Assembly (NCBI RefSeq): GCF_036588685.1 | Contig: NC_086379.1 | Coordinates: 58,652,001 to 58,716,000 of the forward strand | Length of the DNA: 64,000 nt | Direction of reading: 5' to 3' | From: Mytilus trossulus | Lineage: Eukaryota | Part shown: positions 1 through 13,334 of the stretch, piece after piece | How positions within the stretch are numbered: position 1 is the stretch's first letter | How the letters are laid out: every line of letters starts with the position of its first letter | Position numbers and translations under genes: made by a program | Notes under the pieces: generated by a model | Seen by the model: only the letters and a program-made list of their open reading frames with translations | Told to the model about the DNA's origin: nothing | Database searches by the model: none

Positions 1-431
1 TTAAATCATCTCATTTGTTGAAAAGTTTTGTTTTCAATTGACCCTCATTGTCAATTTCAAGTTGTAAGTCAAGATATGAGTTGACTTAAAACATTATATC
101 AAATAACTGTTACCATTATGTAGTGATTACAATATTCGAGGTTTCATGGATTGCTTAAAAAAAGTCCTTATTTCCAGACATACATTTTGTACTATGATAT
201 GGACACCAAATGATGGTTTCTAACTTTCATTTGTCAGTTTGTTTTCGATTTTTGAGTTTACCTGTCCCTCTGGTATCTTTCGTTCGTCTTTCATATATAA
301 TTGGGCTTAAATATTGAGGTTTAGGTAATTTTTTAACTTTTTTTTTTCTAAGCACATAGACAGGTATCCCCGTCATAATAATTCACAGAACAGAAGGATT
401 GAATTGGAGAAAATCTTAACCTTATAAGTAC

Positions 432-569
432 CTTGGGTTCAGGTTACACATCTTCACAAAAGTGCAAAATAAATTTACAAATACTCTTTGTGGCACATTC
501 AACAAGCCTTGTTTACTTCTCATAATCTGTATTATATGGTGTACATTTCTCATAAATTGTTCTATCAGT
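432..569 (-). CDS. Putative internal exon of a minus-strand gene (LIEQFMRNVHHIIQIMRSKQGLLNVPQRVFVNLFCTFVKMCNLNP)
   Basis: On the - strand: ttttcag acceptor, open frame, ag|gtac donor. Product not recognised. Confidence 0.4.
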
Positions 570-973
570 CTGAAAAATATAATGTCATATGAATTACTTC
601 AACTTTACACTGAAAAGTAAAGGCATAAAATTTGTGCTAATTGGTATTCAGAAAGATATTTTTCAAAATTATGAAAGATACATAACCTTTATCTGTCCTT
701 GAAGGTTTTGAAGTGAATTATCAAACTACAAAATGTATATTGAAGCATAAACAATGTACATGTATAGAGGATAATATCAATTTTGATGTTATGTTAATGC
801 TAATTAGGTGTTATGCCCTTGTTTGTTTAATGCAGACTCTGAACAAATTTTATTTATTTATCATTACCAACTTTTATTATTTATATTATTAAAATAAGCT
901 TTAACATGTTTAATTGTATGTGAGTTGCTAGAAAAATGTGTTGATCACACCATGTACAATACATACATGTATA

Positions 974-2175
974 CTGAGTGCCAATGAAAACGCAAAACTT
1001 GGTTTTTCAATACTAAAATTTATATTAGAAATGATAATCTTTCAAAATAAATTGTTCTTGAAAATTAAGAATTCTAACAATAGATCGATATCAAACAAAA
1101 ATGTCTCATTGTCATCTTTCAGACGCTACAGGTAAACGAAACATCCAATGTCGAATCATCAACTCACAGTCCTAACAAAACATGTTACAACCCCTAGTGC
1201 AGCGCAATCTCGACAGCGCCGTGGAACTAATCATCCCGGACGTTTAATGTGATCTCAAGGAATGTTGTTCCACTTGTCCCACATATCAAACTCAAGCTGA
1301 CTTCATGATATTGGTGGTGGTTTTCATCGTCTAAACAATGTACAATCTGATGCAAAATTTGCTCGATCGGACCAAAATCGTGCGAAACATGTGACTTTTG
1401 GCCAAGATGGGTGCCAAATGTCTATGTTAACACCACTGACGGTTTTTGGTACACAATGAATGATTTTTGGTCTACAGAATTCAATATTTACGCCTTATGG
1501 CCGTTTAGATGTCACTAAAGAAAGACTTTGGTGCTCTTCAACAATTTCTGCGCAAATGGTGCTCTACTGAAATTGCTCCAAATGATCTACTGTGACCACC
1601 ATTGAACTCTCGTGACCTTTGTACACCCGTCAGAATCAATATCGAATATGGTTAAGACCAAATGCATCGGTCTGGCTGAGCGTTTCTTGCTTTTTGTTCC
1701 CCGGGCTGTCGCTTATCATTAAATGATCCATTTTGGTTGAATTTGTGGATGATTTGGGTTATTGTAGAGGCTACAACTTCAGTCTTCTCGTAATTGTATG
1801 CAGTATAAGGCTTCATTGGATCATGCCCAATACTGCATATTGCTGGTTGTCAGAAAGTCCTGGCATTTACTCAGATGTTTATTGCATTTTCCATACAATA
1901 AGGGCGGGAAAATTCATGACATAAGCCAAGCTTTAAATGACAAAATCGTGAAGATGGTGCATATGTTGAAAAGCGGTGAACTCGGTTTATGTCCGTTCAA
2001 AATAACCCTTACTTCGCATTTGATCCAAAAATCACTCAACCGTAAAGTTGTCGTCAATTGTCTTAAAAGTCATTTTAAACCAACTATACAAAGTTCTTCA
2101 TGTTCTTATATAAATGAATAAAAATTATAAGATTTTTTTGAAAAACAAAAGTGTTGCGTTTTCATTGGCACTCAG
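974..2175 (-). mobile_element. Tc1/mariner DNA transposon, internally deleted and degenerate
   Basis: TIRs ctgagtgccaatgaaaacgcaa / ttgcgttttcattggcactcag, each flanked by TA. Minus strand encodes decayed Tc1 HTH (STITQIIHKFNQNGSFNDKRQPG) and C-terminal (WNNIP..HI....PRRC) remnants. Confidence 0.85.
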
Positions 2176-2432
2176 TATATGTATATATAATTTTTAGAGA
2201 AAAGGAAAAATGAAACTTTTGTTCCTCTGAAAATGACTATCAATGCTCATCTGTAAAAAAATGTTTATACATGTATTTATTCAGAAAATACATGTATATG
2301 AATGAAAATAGATCTACCCTATGGCTGAGATGCACAGATTGTTTCTTAAACAACTTGAACGGAGAATGTTCTATAATAAATGTTTAAATGCTTTAAATTG
2401 GAGATGTTAAAATTCCCAAAACAGTTCCATAT

Positions 2433-2620
2433 AAGGCCGTTACTTTTCTCGTTTGAATTGTTTTACATTGTCTTATCGGGGCCTTTTACAGCTGACTATG
2501 CGGTATGGGTTTGCTCATTGTTGAAGGCCGTACGGTGACCTATAGTTGTTAGTTTTTGTGACATTTTGGTCTTTTGTGGATAGTTGTCTCATTGGCAATC
2601 ATACCACATCTTCTTTTTTA
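2433..2620 (+). repeat. High-copy interspersed repeat family A (aaggccgttagttttctcgtttgaattg...ggcaatcataccacatcttc)
   Basis: Further full or partial copies at ~44236-44426, 58346-58615, 61186-61437; inverted copies at ~44012-44200 and 22417-22570. Confidence 0.85.
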
Positions 2621-2689
2621 TACCATTATACATTGTACCTATTGTACATGTACATCTAGCACATACACAACTTCAACATTGTATGCATG

Positions 2690-3312
2690 TGACGGGTTAT
2701 GTTCTTCTCATACATGTATATGTTATGATGGTATGATACTAAACCCCTAACTGGAAGGATTGTGCCTGATGTTCATATGATGAAATCATAATCTTTCAGT
2801 CAGTTTTATTGAAGTCTGGAGCTGGCATGTCAGTTAACTGCTAGTAGTCTGTTGTTGTTTATGTATTATTGTCATTTTGTTTATTTTCTTTGGTTGCATC
2901 TTCTGACATCAGACTCTGTAAGACTTCTCTTGAACTGAATTTTAATGTGCGTATTGTTATGCGTTTACTTTTCTACATTGGCTAGAGGTATAAGGGGAGG
3001 GTTGAGATCTCACAAACATGTTTAACCCCACCACATTTTTGCGCCTGTCCCAAGTCAGGAGCCTCTGGCCTTTGTTAGTCTTGTATTATTTTAATTTTGG
3101 TTTCTTGTGTACAATTTGGAAATTAGTATGGCGTTCATTATCACTGAACTAGTATATATTTGTTTAGGGGCCAGCTGAGGGACGCCTCCGGGTGCAGGAA
3201 TTTCTCATTACATTGAAAACCTGTTGGTGACCTTCTGCTGTTGTGGTTTTTTTTTTTCTTTGGTCGGGTTGTTGTCTCTTTGACACATTCCCTATTTCCA
3301 TTCTCAATTTTA
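2690..3312 (+). repeat. Interspersed repeat family B
   Basis: Near-identical, internally deleted copy at ~37040-37330 (gacacgggttatg...gacacattcccc...ctcaatttt). Confidence 0.8.
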
Positions 3313-5010
3313 TTTACATGTATGTGCAATCTTACTGTGAAGTTGTAGGGATCTGGATTGAAAAAATGTCAGAGGAGATGATATATAGTGTAACAAATTC
3401 TGTAAGGTACCCACTTTTATCTGTCTGCCCATGCCCCAACAATTGCTACATTGCCATACTTTGAACAGGTTTTGGACTTCAAACAAAAATCATAATACCT
3501 AGAATTACAATTGTATAGCCCAGCAAAGCAAAACCCACAAGGGTCTTCCTGCCACTGTTCCAGTAATTCTTTGACAACACGTGAACTGATTCACAATATT
3601 ATACTTACCCCACTGTATAAGGCTTCAGTGTCTCCCTGAAAATGAAAAAAATATATGAATATATGATACAATGTATCTTAAAATACACACATGTACATGT
3701 ACATGTACAATGTATATGTACATGTTGTAGATGAGCATACATGTTAATAAAAGTTCATATAGTTCGTTAGTATGGTTAGTCTGTTTTATATTTCCAAAAA
3801 AGTTCACTAAGTATTGCTTGAAAAAATTGTGGATGTACATGCATGTTATTCCAAGTACAAATGTACCAGTACAATGGACATGAACCTTGAGAATTTGTTC
3901 GTCTGATCAGCATAAAGGCTTTTGAATTTGGATTGTTTTCTATTGACCATGTTGACTACATATTATTCACACTACAAATGTATTGATTTATAGCTAAGCA
4001 TACATCAAACATCATGTACATTGTACATGTAAAGTAAACATGTCAGATACAGATTCATGTACATGTACATGACATACATTTAAACTACAGTTGCCATGTG
4101 GTTTATGTTGCAGTGCTGCAGAAAATACATACATGTACATACAAAAATGTACATTTACATGATTTAAAATGTTATACTTTTATTTGTATTTTTTTTAAAA
4201 AGAATTAACTCTCAATTCAATGTGCATGTACATGTACATTGTACATTTTGTAGTTCAAATTCTATCAAAAAGATTTAACAAGAATTAAAAAAAAACAATT
4301 CTCATACAGCTGGCTACAACAATATTATGCAGTACTAGTTTTGCTCATTGTTTAAGGGTGAATGGTGACCAGTATCATGAGTATTGGGTCCATTTGCCCT
4401 GTGTCTGTACTTTTCATCCATAGAGTTCATTCGCCCTTAATTTGTTCTTCCTTCTTGTCTTTTATGGATTAATCATAAAAAAAAACGTCAGCTTGGAATT
4501 AATAAAAAAACATTGATGTAAAAATTCTAAATCATGAAAAGTTCATTTATTATTATTTTTTGGTGATGTCACATGTGCTGGACCAGAGATAAATTATAAC
4601 GTGTTGTAGTCCAAATAATCATGACATCTTGAAAGGCTATTACATATGTACATATTTTTTCTTTGACACCTTACATCATGTACATTGCTGGAAGGCATCA
4701 AGGCAAAAATTAAAATAGCCTTCCAAGACGTCATAATTATTTGAATTCAACGTATTGATGTCTTTTAATGGATTTTCTAATTCTACTTTTGATAAAATCT
4801 ACGAGTACTTCGATTGTCGCCCCTGATATTCAACAGGTTTCAAGTGGGAATTCCATTTTCTTTGCAGGCAATTCCTAGTGTGAAGCCTTTACTATCAGAA
4901 AGTACATGTTGGAACCCATCTGGATATAATAAGGCTGTTTTCTACTTATGAGTTCACTCTATCATTAGTTGTTTACATTGGAGATTTACCTGAAGTTGGA
5001 CTGTCACAAA

Positions 5011-5703
5011 GGAATCTGGGTCTGTTCGCCCTGATTCACGTTCGCCATACTACATTTTTTTACGTGTTCGCCCAGATTTTTTTTCTTTTCTATTTGTTGT
5101 CCAGTCGAATAATTGTAAGTATTTGAACAAAATATGTTAAAGTTTGTTAACAAATTGACAGAATATTTATATTGCCGCATGCAATCATTTTATCATTTTC
5201 TCTTTGATTTACAGAGTATAATTGGTATACTGGTATACAATGTATTTCTCTTTATTGATATTTGTTAACAACTTAATTGTATTCAGTCAATCATGAATGC
5301 ATGCAGTATAACTGAGACTAGGACTGTCTCCGAGTATAATAATGAACTTGTAAATCCGTTTCATGATTTAACAGTTCGCACATCATTGCGTTTCAAGCTG
5401 AATATTTTATCAAAACAAAACGTTTGATTTTTATTAATAATCCATCAAAAGACAAGTATCACAAATCAGTGATCTGAATTATTTTGTCATTGAACAATTT
5501 ACGATCCTAAACAAGTCATAAACTTTTAAATATTTCCCTGTTTCCATAAATTTCAAAAATATATACCATAGAAATATCATAATCTGAATAAGTTTTTTCA
5601 ACTTCAATGCCCTGAATATCAATATTTTTTAGTAGGGCGAACGGACTCTCTGGGCGAACGTACCCCGGGCGAACATGTTATTAGGGTGAACGATCCCGAT
5701 ACC
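5011..5703. mobile_element. Non-autonomous DNA transposon (MITE), 8-bp TSD
   Basis: TSD gtcacaaa at 5003-5010 and 5704-5711; imperfect TIRs ggaatc.../...gatacc with repeated gttcgccc / gggcgaac motifs. Confidence 0.8.
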
Positions 5704-5855
5704 GTCACAAAGAGATATGTTCCCGCCAGTTGTCAAAGTCATTAAATCTCAATTGGATGATTTTTATCTGGAAATCAGTTTTATCTGTTTATATGTGTGT
5801 ATTGTTATATTTTACACACTGTATATATATAGATATATGTTTAGAGCATACTCAC

Positions 5856-6280
5856 CTAGTGTTTATAAACACATCACTTTCCAAATTGCTTCTTACTTTT
5901 TCTGCCACATCAATATTTACTTCATTTGGAGAAAGCCTATATTTTCTGCAATAGTCTACCACTTCCTGTGTTGAAAACGAGAAATCTAAACTGTTCTGTA
6001 TACATGCAGTATACTCTTTCTCTTTATCATTCAATGGTTTAAACATTCCGATATTACTATATACACTGTCCAGCAACTCAGACAGGGGTATGGACTGGTC
6101 ACAGTAAATAATGCCTATACATTGAAGACATGTGATATCCCATTGCGATGTACTTGAGGGTAATACCCCTTTGCATTTGACTTTATATTGGGAGTCTTCG
6201 TCGTCATCCTCTGAGTCCGATTTACGTTGTAATTTTAATATTTTGCGAACGCGTTTTCGTATTTTCCGCTGCTCAGCCAT
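5856..6280 (-). CDS. First coding exon of an uncharacterised minus-strand gene, possibly a pseudogene
   Basis: ATG at 6280 (MAEQRKIRKRVRK...SSTSQWDITCLQCIGIIY), open frame ending at a canonical ag|gtgagt donor at 5855. Downstream exons look disrupted. Confidence 0.5.
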
Positions 6281-6389
6281 AACGGAAGTAAACAAACATT
6301 GCATAAAAGAGAATCAAGCTCGGAACGGAACTACACGCAAACACGGATTAGAATTGAGATCTCTAGGTAAAGTGACATACATTTCTTTT

Positions 6390-7582
6390 GTTAAAGTCAC
6401 TGAAGGCGTTACCAATATGTTCCCTTCCTCAGTTGGAGTAAAACAAGGCTGCATTCTAAGTCCTACCTTATTTTCTTTTTATATAAATGATTTAACCTCA
6501 ATGTTTGATAACACATGTGATCCTGTAACATTACATGACATAAAATTGTCTAGTCTTTTATATGCTGATGACTTAGTATTAATTTCAGAATCCTCAGAAG
6601 GTTTACAAAATTGTCTAAACAAGTTAAATACTTATTGTGAAAAATGGAACTTGACTGTCAATCTTGACAAGACAAAAACAATGATATTTAATAAAAGTGG
6701 TAAAAAACTTACAAAAGACCAGTTTGTATTGAATAATGAATTAATTGAATGTTGCACAGAATATAAATATTTAGGTATACTATTCAAGCCATCAGGAATT
6801 TTCACTAATGCTGTAAATCTCCTATGTAAAAAAGCTTCTAAGGCATTGTTTTGTATTAAAAAAAATACTCTACTCAGATAAGATGGATGTTTCTTCCCAT
6901 ATGAAACTATTTAATTCTTGTGTTAGTCCAATATTACTGTATTGTAGTGAGATATGGTCGCTAAATATTGTGAAGAACAACAAAACTCTTGAATCTCAAT
7001 ATTTATCTATGGAATCAGTAAAACTCCAAATCAAATTTGCGAAAGGTCTTCTAAATGTTAATTCAAAGGCAGTAAATACAGCTGTATTAGCTGAATTGGG
7101 AATGTACCCTATTGGTATACAGGCCCTTAAGTCTTCTATAGGATTTTGGTTACATATTTTAAAGTCAAATGAAAATGAGTCTTTATTATATAATGTTTAT
7201 AAAGCTAACAAGCAGTTAAATGATGGATTTGCTTCAAAAGTTAAAATGCTACTTTCAAAATTAAATTTCACTCATGTTTGGGAAAATCAATGTACCTTCT
7301 CTAAAAAACGATTACTATTAGCCGTCGTGAAGAAGCTCAATGAAAATTACATTATATTTTGGAAAAATTGTCTCTTTAATGATGAAAATTCAATAAATGG
7401 AAATAAACTAAGAACCTACAGAAAATTTAAAGTTAAGTATGAACTAGAAAAGTACCTTTTATTGAATTTAGATAAAAATGTTACAAAAAATTATGCTAAA
7501 ATAAGAATAAGTAATAGTATGTTGGCTGTTGAACGTGGAAGATACAACAAAACAGCTCTAGAAAATAGAATATGTCCTTTAT
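6390..7582 (+). mobile_element. 5'-truncated LINE (RTE-X-like), 5' portion; reverse transcriptase and C-terminal region, interrupted at 7582
   Basis: GVKQGCILSPTLF and LLYADD RT motifs; YCSEIW; AVERGRY...RICPL. One frameshift in an A-run near 6860. The frame continues at 52554. Confidence 0.9.
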
Positions 7583-7678
7583 CAGTCCAGGCGATTATTT
7601 ATCCAAGTAATATAACGCATATCAGTAATATTACATGCAAAAATAATGTGGCTTATATTACAGTTATTTGTAATATAG
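7583..7678 (+). repeat. Left TIR plus subterminal GTAATATWAC boxes of the giant element
   Basis: CAGTCCAGGCGATTATT at 7583-7599; GTAATATAAC at 7607-7616; GTAATATTAC at 7625-7634; partial boxes at 7654 and 7670. Confidence 0.9.
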
Positions 7679-8149
7679 TTGATTAGAAAGCGTTATCTCC
7701 CTTTACTCATAGTCAAGTTTGAAATCTTAATGTAGCACTCTCTGTATAATAGATTTTGATACATTGATATACACACATTTTCAAATTAAGAAAAGGCATA
7801 TGACCACATATAATGGTAAATTAAAAATCAGAAACAAATTAAAAACAATAAAAAGCCTCAAAACAACAAACGCATAAGCAAACTTATTTTGGCTTAATGT
7901 TTAAGTTGATTTACAATTCAGTCAGCCATGGACCAACGGACGCGACATATCAGAAAACGGGAGCGATGAGAGATTGGTTTTTAATTAGATTGGTCATGGA
8001 CACATATCATTATATACATGTACAACTTTCATGATTTTTATCTTTCAAAATTTGAAAATATTTTTTTTCGATAAAATGTCATAACAATGCGCGAAGATGT
8101 TCTTGATTAAAATTTATACATGAATTAATAAAACATCTTAAATAAAAAT

Positions 8150-10450
8150 CCCATTAGTCCGACAACCATTATTCCGACAGCCCATTACTCCGACAGCCCA
8201 CTATTCCGACAACCCATTACTCCGACAGCCCATTATTCCGACAACCCATTACTCCGACAGCCCATTATTCCGACACTGCATTTTTCTTATGTGTATGGGT
8301 AAATTTTCTCTAAAAAAGACCAACTCCGTTCTCTGTAATATTTGTGGTTGTCCGTTTTGATCCCAATTATTCTTTCCATGCGGGATATAAGTCTCAGTAC
8401 ATTGGAATTGATAAACATGCTTATTGCAACTGCTCAGTCCTTACCCTGTTCCCTCTTTCGTTTTACGTGTCTGGGTATTTTATTTTTCTTTACATTTCAT
8501 TGTTTGTGTGTCCACTCTCAGTCGGTGCTGTTCTAGTTCGCTGTGTTTTTGTGTGTGTCTTGATCTACCTTCTTTCACTAGATCGTCGGTTACCCCCTTT
8601 CGCGTATCAGGGGAGTGAGGTTTCATCACTTTTAACTACATAAAGAAATATATCGATGTTGGATAACACTACCCGTCCTCTTTGGTCGCAACACTTTCTA
8701 CCCCTTGTATCACTCATCTGACATAGCCTGAGAGATGACACTCAATTTATTTTAGTTATATCAATTTTATATCCCGAGCTTATTTCAAAATCTAGAAAAC
8801 TATGCCTCTTTTATAATGTTTGAAGGAAGTGCAGGACTGATGATTTACAACAAAACGAAAAACAAATATGACGGACATGAACATTGCCGTAACTTCTTTT
8901 TCTTTTAAAAATATTCACGAGGAAAAGTGATATCGGGTCGGTGACTGTGTATGACATAGAAATATACAGTCAAGTATTTTGACTGTTCAAATAGAACGAG
9001 TGCAGTGTAAAAGCCAATAACAACTAGTAAGAAATCTAAGACAATGTGTGACATTCTTGTCCTGCTTGTGTCTTTCTCAAATTGTCTAATTGTAAAAACT
9101 TGCTAAATTATGTGTTTTGTGGCAAACTTGACACTTATTTTTCATTTAAAGATTGTTTTCAAGGGGGGAAATATTGAGATACAATGTATCATTGATTTAA
9201 AGGCAGGAAGTTCATATGTTAATTAAGAATCGGTGCTCACCCATTACATTAAGAATTGAAAATGCCAGATATTCAAAAAATCGTATTGTACAGCTGATAA
9301 AGTTTAGGATGAGCGTCATTTTTCAATCGAATGCTCACATTATCAAAATTTGAGGGAGGAACTCAGGCTTTCAGCATATTTAGTCTAGCACATGTCAGAA
9401 CTTTGAAAAGTTAGCCATGCTAAATATGATAAATATTCGATGTATACACAAGAAAACTTTACTAATAAAGGAAACAAATGATGATTATATTGATAGTTCT
9501 TTTGAACTATATAGTACATGGTTTGATACTGACTGTTATTTGATATCAATGTGCTAGTTTTTTTTCTATTTTGTTTTGCCTCTGATTGTGACTGAGGCTT
9601 ACGGTGTTATAAAGATAATTATATCATATTATTACTATGATATATTAGTATTGTAAAGTCTTAATGTTGACCCAATCAGTATACCGCCGCTTCGCAAAAG
9701 TGGGAATATACTGTTTTACCTCTGTCTGTCCGTCCATTCGTCCGTCCACTCGTCCGTCAGTTCGTCCTTCCGTCCCATGGATATTTTCGTTGCATTTTTT
9801 TCATGAACGACATTACAAGGATTTCTGATAGGTTTATTGAAGTCGACTGTATCGTGTGATATGTTTTCAGAATCATTACTGAACAAATTCCTGTTTACCG
9901 AACACTTTTCACATGACGGCCAAGTTGACAATTTTCGTCACATTTTTCGCAGTAACTACAATACAATGATTTTTCAAGGTTTACATAAGTCACTATACGG
10001 TGTGAGTTTTTTTCAGATTCACAACTCAACAACGAAGTACATGTATTTGTGCGGGAGCATCATCAGTAGCACGCACCATCACTGGTTGTTCTTGAGTTAT
10101 ATACTGTTTATATACCCTTTAATTTGAAAGTGAAATAATATTTTCTGTTATATTCTATATACAGATTTCGAATTGAGTGTATAGAAAGTATTCGAACTAC
10201 CCCAGCCTTATGTTTATACGGAGTTATTTCTTAACATATATTATTACATATCTAAACGTTATTATACAGACAGACAAGTTTTATTTTACCCTGATACCCT
10301 AATACTTGGCTTGATAAGTGTCGGACTTGTGGGTTGTTGGTGTATTGGGCTATCGGAGCAATGGGTTGTCGGACTATTGGGTTGTCGGACTAATGGGTTG
10401 TCGGACCAATGGACTGTCGGACTAATGGGCTGTCGGAATAATGGTGTGTA
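8150..10450. mobile_element. Non-autonomous element with inverted 16-bp tandem subterminal arrays
   Basis: (cccattaYtccgacaR)n at 8150-8276 and its reverse complement (Ytgtcggactaatggg)n at 10320-10446. Confidence 0.7.
9220..9360 (+). pseudogene. Decayed RTE-X-like LINE C-terminal fragment
   Basis: Remnants LRIGAHPL..RIENARY and DERHFSIECSHYQNLRE parallel the C-termini of the two LINEs in this window. Confidence 0.55.
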
Positions 10451-11653
10451 ATCTCAACGATCAGCATGCCAGATATTTCTGTTACTGAAAATTTTCAAAA
10501 AATAAAACTGAACAAGCATATTGTAAAACGAAGGACGTAACAAATAAAAATAATTCTTTATAAATTATACAGATCTGAATCGCAATTTTGGTCTCTTCAA
10601 TTTACTTTAATTTCACCAGGAACACCACGTAAACTTGCAAATCGGATGACAAATAAACAACAAATTTCTATTGTGAGATCGATATGATTTAGTATTACCA
10701 TATCAACAGTCCAGCATCTATGCCCGAGAAAACACATCAAAATGATGTTGGGCTTATCATCTGCATCACTTAGAAAATACCTTAAAACAAATTAAACTGT
10801 CATTTCAATTAAAATTTGCAAGTTGACAGAAACCACATGTTTTGTTAACCTGATTTTGAAGTGATAATTGTTGGCCAAATGTATTAATAGTAAATACACA
10901 TCAATGATTCTTAATTGTGTCCTTTTTAATAAATTATGTGTTAAGTTTATTTACAAAAAAGGTATAATTTGAATTTTGAAGCTGAAATAGAAAATAAAGT
11001 CATTTAACAGAGAAATTAACAACCACTTTCATGTTTGAAATATTTTTTATATCTTTAATGTACATGCAAATTATAACCAACATGAACAAACAATAAAATT
11101 GAATTATTATACATAATCTAATAAAAATATATCATATATATATGGCATAAAAAGTTAACAATGATAAACCATATTTTTCTTTGAATAAAAACAAGGTGAA
11201 AATGAAAAATTGAATGATTGCATAATTTAATGTGCTTATTGTCCAGCAACACATATTACATTCATATTAAGTATAAAAACATCATTTACAATGTAAATGA
11301 ACAATTGAAATAAATACCCAACTAATACTAAAAATGTTTTCAAAGATTTAGGAATACCCTATTGCTGACAAAAATGCAAATTTTTAAATTGTAATAATAT
11401 TGATAATTCTATGTAAAGGCAAAACATAAGATCTTGCATTTTAACTTGTTGTTTTAGTTTAATTCTTCTATGTAGATCCACTTAATCCAAAAAAAAGTTT
11501 TGATACCTGTAACAATTATCCTATAAGTATATAATGACAATTTGAAGTAAATAAACAATATAGCTTTATCATTATGCAAATGAACACATATAATTGGAAC
11601 CTTTCAGGAAAGGTCCATTCTTCATCTATACAAAGAGCATTCAAAGCAACTGA

Positions 11654-13100
11654 CTACTTGGATTTAACAGGCGTAGATGTGGTCATTCTTTTTTTTCTTC
11701 TTCCTTTTTGTGGAGTGTCTTCCATACGCCTCTTTCGGCCAATTATTTCACTTACATTCCCTTTACTATCTGGACCAAAGTAATATTCTACTTCGTTGTC
11801 TTCGGTCTTTCGTAGACAGTCTTTTCCTAGGAAGTTTGGTAATAAATCCATAGGGTTTCCAGCAGTAGACAGATACTCAATTTGCAGGTTGATTATATCT
11901 GCAATCCTTTCAATTGCTGACTCCGGTTGCAACCACAACTGTCCGCTCCTCAAAGACTTGCTGTATACGGGGTCAGTGTTCTGGTTTTGGTGTTTACTAA
12001 TCATAGTTGCTTTTCGCACATCATCAAAGGAATTCTCTCTGAATTCATGGTTTTTGGACAATATAACTTCTTCATAAACATCTTATAGGTTGGAGTATCA
12101 ATTTGGTAGATGTTTCTGTTACCCTTTTGAAGTAATTTTGTTCGGAAGAAATCATTATTAAGGAACAAATTAAGCATTTTCATAAAATTTAGGAATAAAA
12201 TCATTCCCACCCATGCAGAGTACAATACATATATGAATAGAAATTTTCTTTGCAATGTCAACATCTTCAAAATGGCTGTGAAAGAATTCTATTAAAGACA
12301 TTATATTGTAAACATCAATCTTTTTGTTTGGTTTCTGTAATACGACAAATACTGGGTGGCTATATTTCCCTTGTGCAAAGGGCCAGTTGTCTGAAAGTGC
12401 AAACATATGAATCGGAATGGCATCTATATCTCCTGATGTAACGATGCTACATGCTGCTTTTGACGGAGAAAGCTATGCTTTGCACATACACAACCAGTCA
12501 ACTTGAGACATTTCAGCTTCACCTTTTCTTTGGTGTATGTCATTTAGATCTTGTATAATTGGCTTAGGACACGTTTTCTTGAATGAACATTGTATTGGTA
12601 TAGTATAGTTCTGACATATGCATTCTACACTATGTTCACATGGAACAACCTTCATATTCAATTCACTGTCAATAAAATAAAATCAGCCCCTATTTCAAGT
12701 TGATTCGCATTAGCAGCCAAATAAGTACTCATGATGGTCTTTCCTTCTCTGGTAGTCACAATATCTTCTTTTCGAAATTGATTCTGGTTTATCATCTCAT
12801 GGGATGTTCTCAGATGAGCAATGGTTGCTTTTGTTTTTTTAAAGTTCTCTGTTGGTGTGTAGCTGCCTTGAAGGTATCTGGTGTAAAGGAATATTTTTCC
12901 TCACAAAGTATAAGTCTTTCTGCTGTTGGGAATTGTCGAAGGATTGGTTTTATAACTGCATTTTGAACATACTTTATATACTGTATGCCTGAGGTAACCT
13001 TCGTTTTAAATTTAACACCAGCATGTACATATATCCATTTATCTGGTTATTTCTGTACTTGAGTGGTTATCAAAAATTTACACGCTTAGCTTTTGTTTTA
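11654..13100 (-). pseudogene. Decayed XPG/FEN1 (PIN-like) 5' nuclease gene, AcademX-type
   Basis: Motifs in the expected order across frameshifts and stops: RLILCEEKY...K...R, KGEAEM (~12509-12526), SIVTSGDID (~12422-12448), VLCMGGNDF helix-turn-helix motif (~12197-12225); basic NLS-like C-terminus. Confidence 0.75.
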
Positions 13101-13334
13101 AACATCTGTTTTGAAGCAATATTATCTGTCCCTAATCAGTTGTTGATGACAGATTTATGTATCTACTTAACCATTTTATAATTGAGAGAAGATATGAAAT
13201 TTACCCTGTGTAGGGCTTAGTTTGAAGACTGTCAAAGGATTCATGGTTATATGACAAGGCTTTCTAACTAACTATACCGATATGTTACTACCTCGTTACT
13301 ACACAGTGTTTCGCTCTTTGTTGAAGGCTTTATG

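Noticed and set aside
6132-6390. N-terminal part of the 249-aa ORF as part of the LINE protein
   Set aside because: It is the antisense of the minus-strand exon and is only fortuitously in frame; RT similarity starts at about 6390.
7583-7686. C-terminal SVQAIIYPSN... of ORF 6883-7686 as real protein
   Set aside because: It is read-through into the left TIR; the true C-terminus is at 52554-52789.
8150-8276. CRISPR-like array
   Set aside because: Contiguous 16-bp units without unique spacers, mirrored at 10320-10446; eukaryotic context with no cas genes.
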